A DNA stretch of 6,725 nt from a virus (Duplodnaviria; Heunggongvirae; Uroviricota; Caudoviricetes), in the IMG/VR virus record IMGVR_UViG_2548876853_000015, one strand, 5' to 3'. The position numbers and the translations under genes are program-made. The notes beneath the pieces were generated by a model. It had not been told where the DNA came from. It ran no database searches and worked only from the letters and a program-made list of their open reading frames with translations. How positions within the stretch are numbered: the stretch's first letter is position 1; every line of letters starts with the position of its first letter. Shown here in pieces: positions 6,345 through 6,725 of this stretch.

Positions 6345-6725
6345 ATGCCTAATCGCATTCCTCTCGATCCTGTATTGCCCAAAAATTTTGACTGCACTCC
6401 TAACGAGAGACGCTCTAAAGCTCAGCTGGACGCCTGGTGGGACCATCCCTATGGGGTTACAGAACATGACGGGAAAATTGTTGTTTATTGTCTGAATGGT
6501 GGCGCGTGGGACCGTCCATCCGTGCTGGGTTTGGCAAATAACTATGATGAAGCCTGTGAACTTGCCGAAAGACAGCAGGCTAGATGGGTAAAAACGCGGT
6601 CACAGCCGATATTTATGTACTCACAGGAACCTCCATTTGTGCTGGCGAGAATGCCGCAGCGACCGGATCTGAACCGCCCCGGGTTTCCTGGAGAGTATTT
6701 TATCTGTGAACTCAGGCTGCCAGAT
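6345..6725 (+). CDS. Hypothetical protein, 5' portion only (ORF runs past the right edge); divergent from humD across the LexA box, possibly the P1 lxr-like LexA-regulated gene
   Basis: ATG at 6345 with SD AAGGA 7 nt upstream; open for 127 codons to the window end (MPNRIPLDPVLPKNFDCTPNERRSKAQLDAWWDHPYG...). Not in the ORF track because it has no stop in the window. Identity not recognised from sequence. Confidence 0.6.
   Translation, partial: MPNRIPLDPVLPKNFDCTPNERRSKAQLDAWWDHPYGVTEHDGKIVVYCLNGGAWDRPSVLGLANNYDEACELAERQQARWVKTRSQPIFMYSQEPPFVLARMPQRPDLNRPGFPGEYFICELRLPD

Noticed and set aside
1-6725. CRISPR arrays, IS elements or integrase/att sites
   Set aside because: No regularly spaced direct repeats, no terminal inverted repeats flanking a transposase-like ORF, and no recombinase ORF in the window.

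Overview
This window reads as the packaging / addiction / SOS segment of a P1-type phage-plasmid, with almost everything encoded on the minus strand. In transcription order (high to low coordinate) it holds: a LexA box, humD (a UmuD'-like protein), the phd-doc toxin-antitoxin pair with its palindromic operator, a small basic ORF and a 347-aa Cys/His-rich ORF (the post-doc region), a candidate late-promoter activator lpa, the terminase genes pacA and pacB with the pac site (clustered TGATCA/G Dam hexamers) inside pacA, and then a C1-operator-like site and promoter, a roughly 300-nt highly structured leader, and the start of a further gene that runs off the left edge. A divergent plus-strand gene begins at 6345 and runs off the right edge. 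Assignments rest on motifs visible in the sequence, on operon geometry, and on recalled knowledge of phage P1; no database search was possible. I see no convincing evidence of an undescribed defence system. The least explained parts are the structured leader downstream of pacB (189-547) and the Cys/His-rich post-doc protein.
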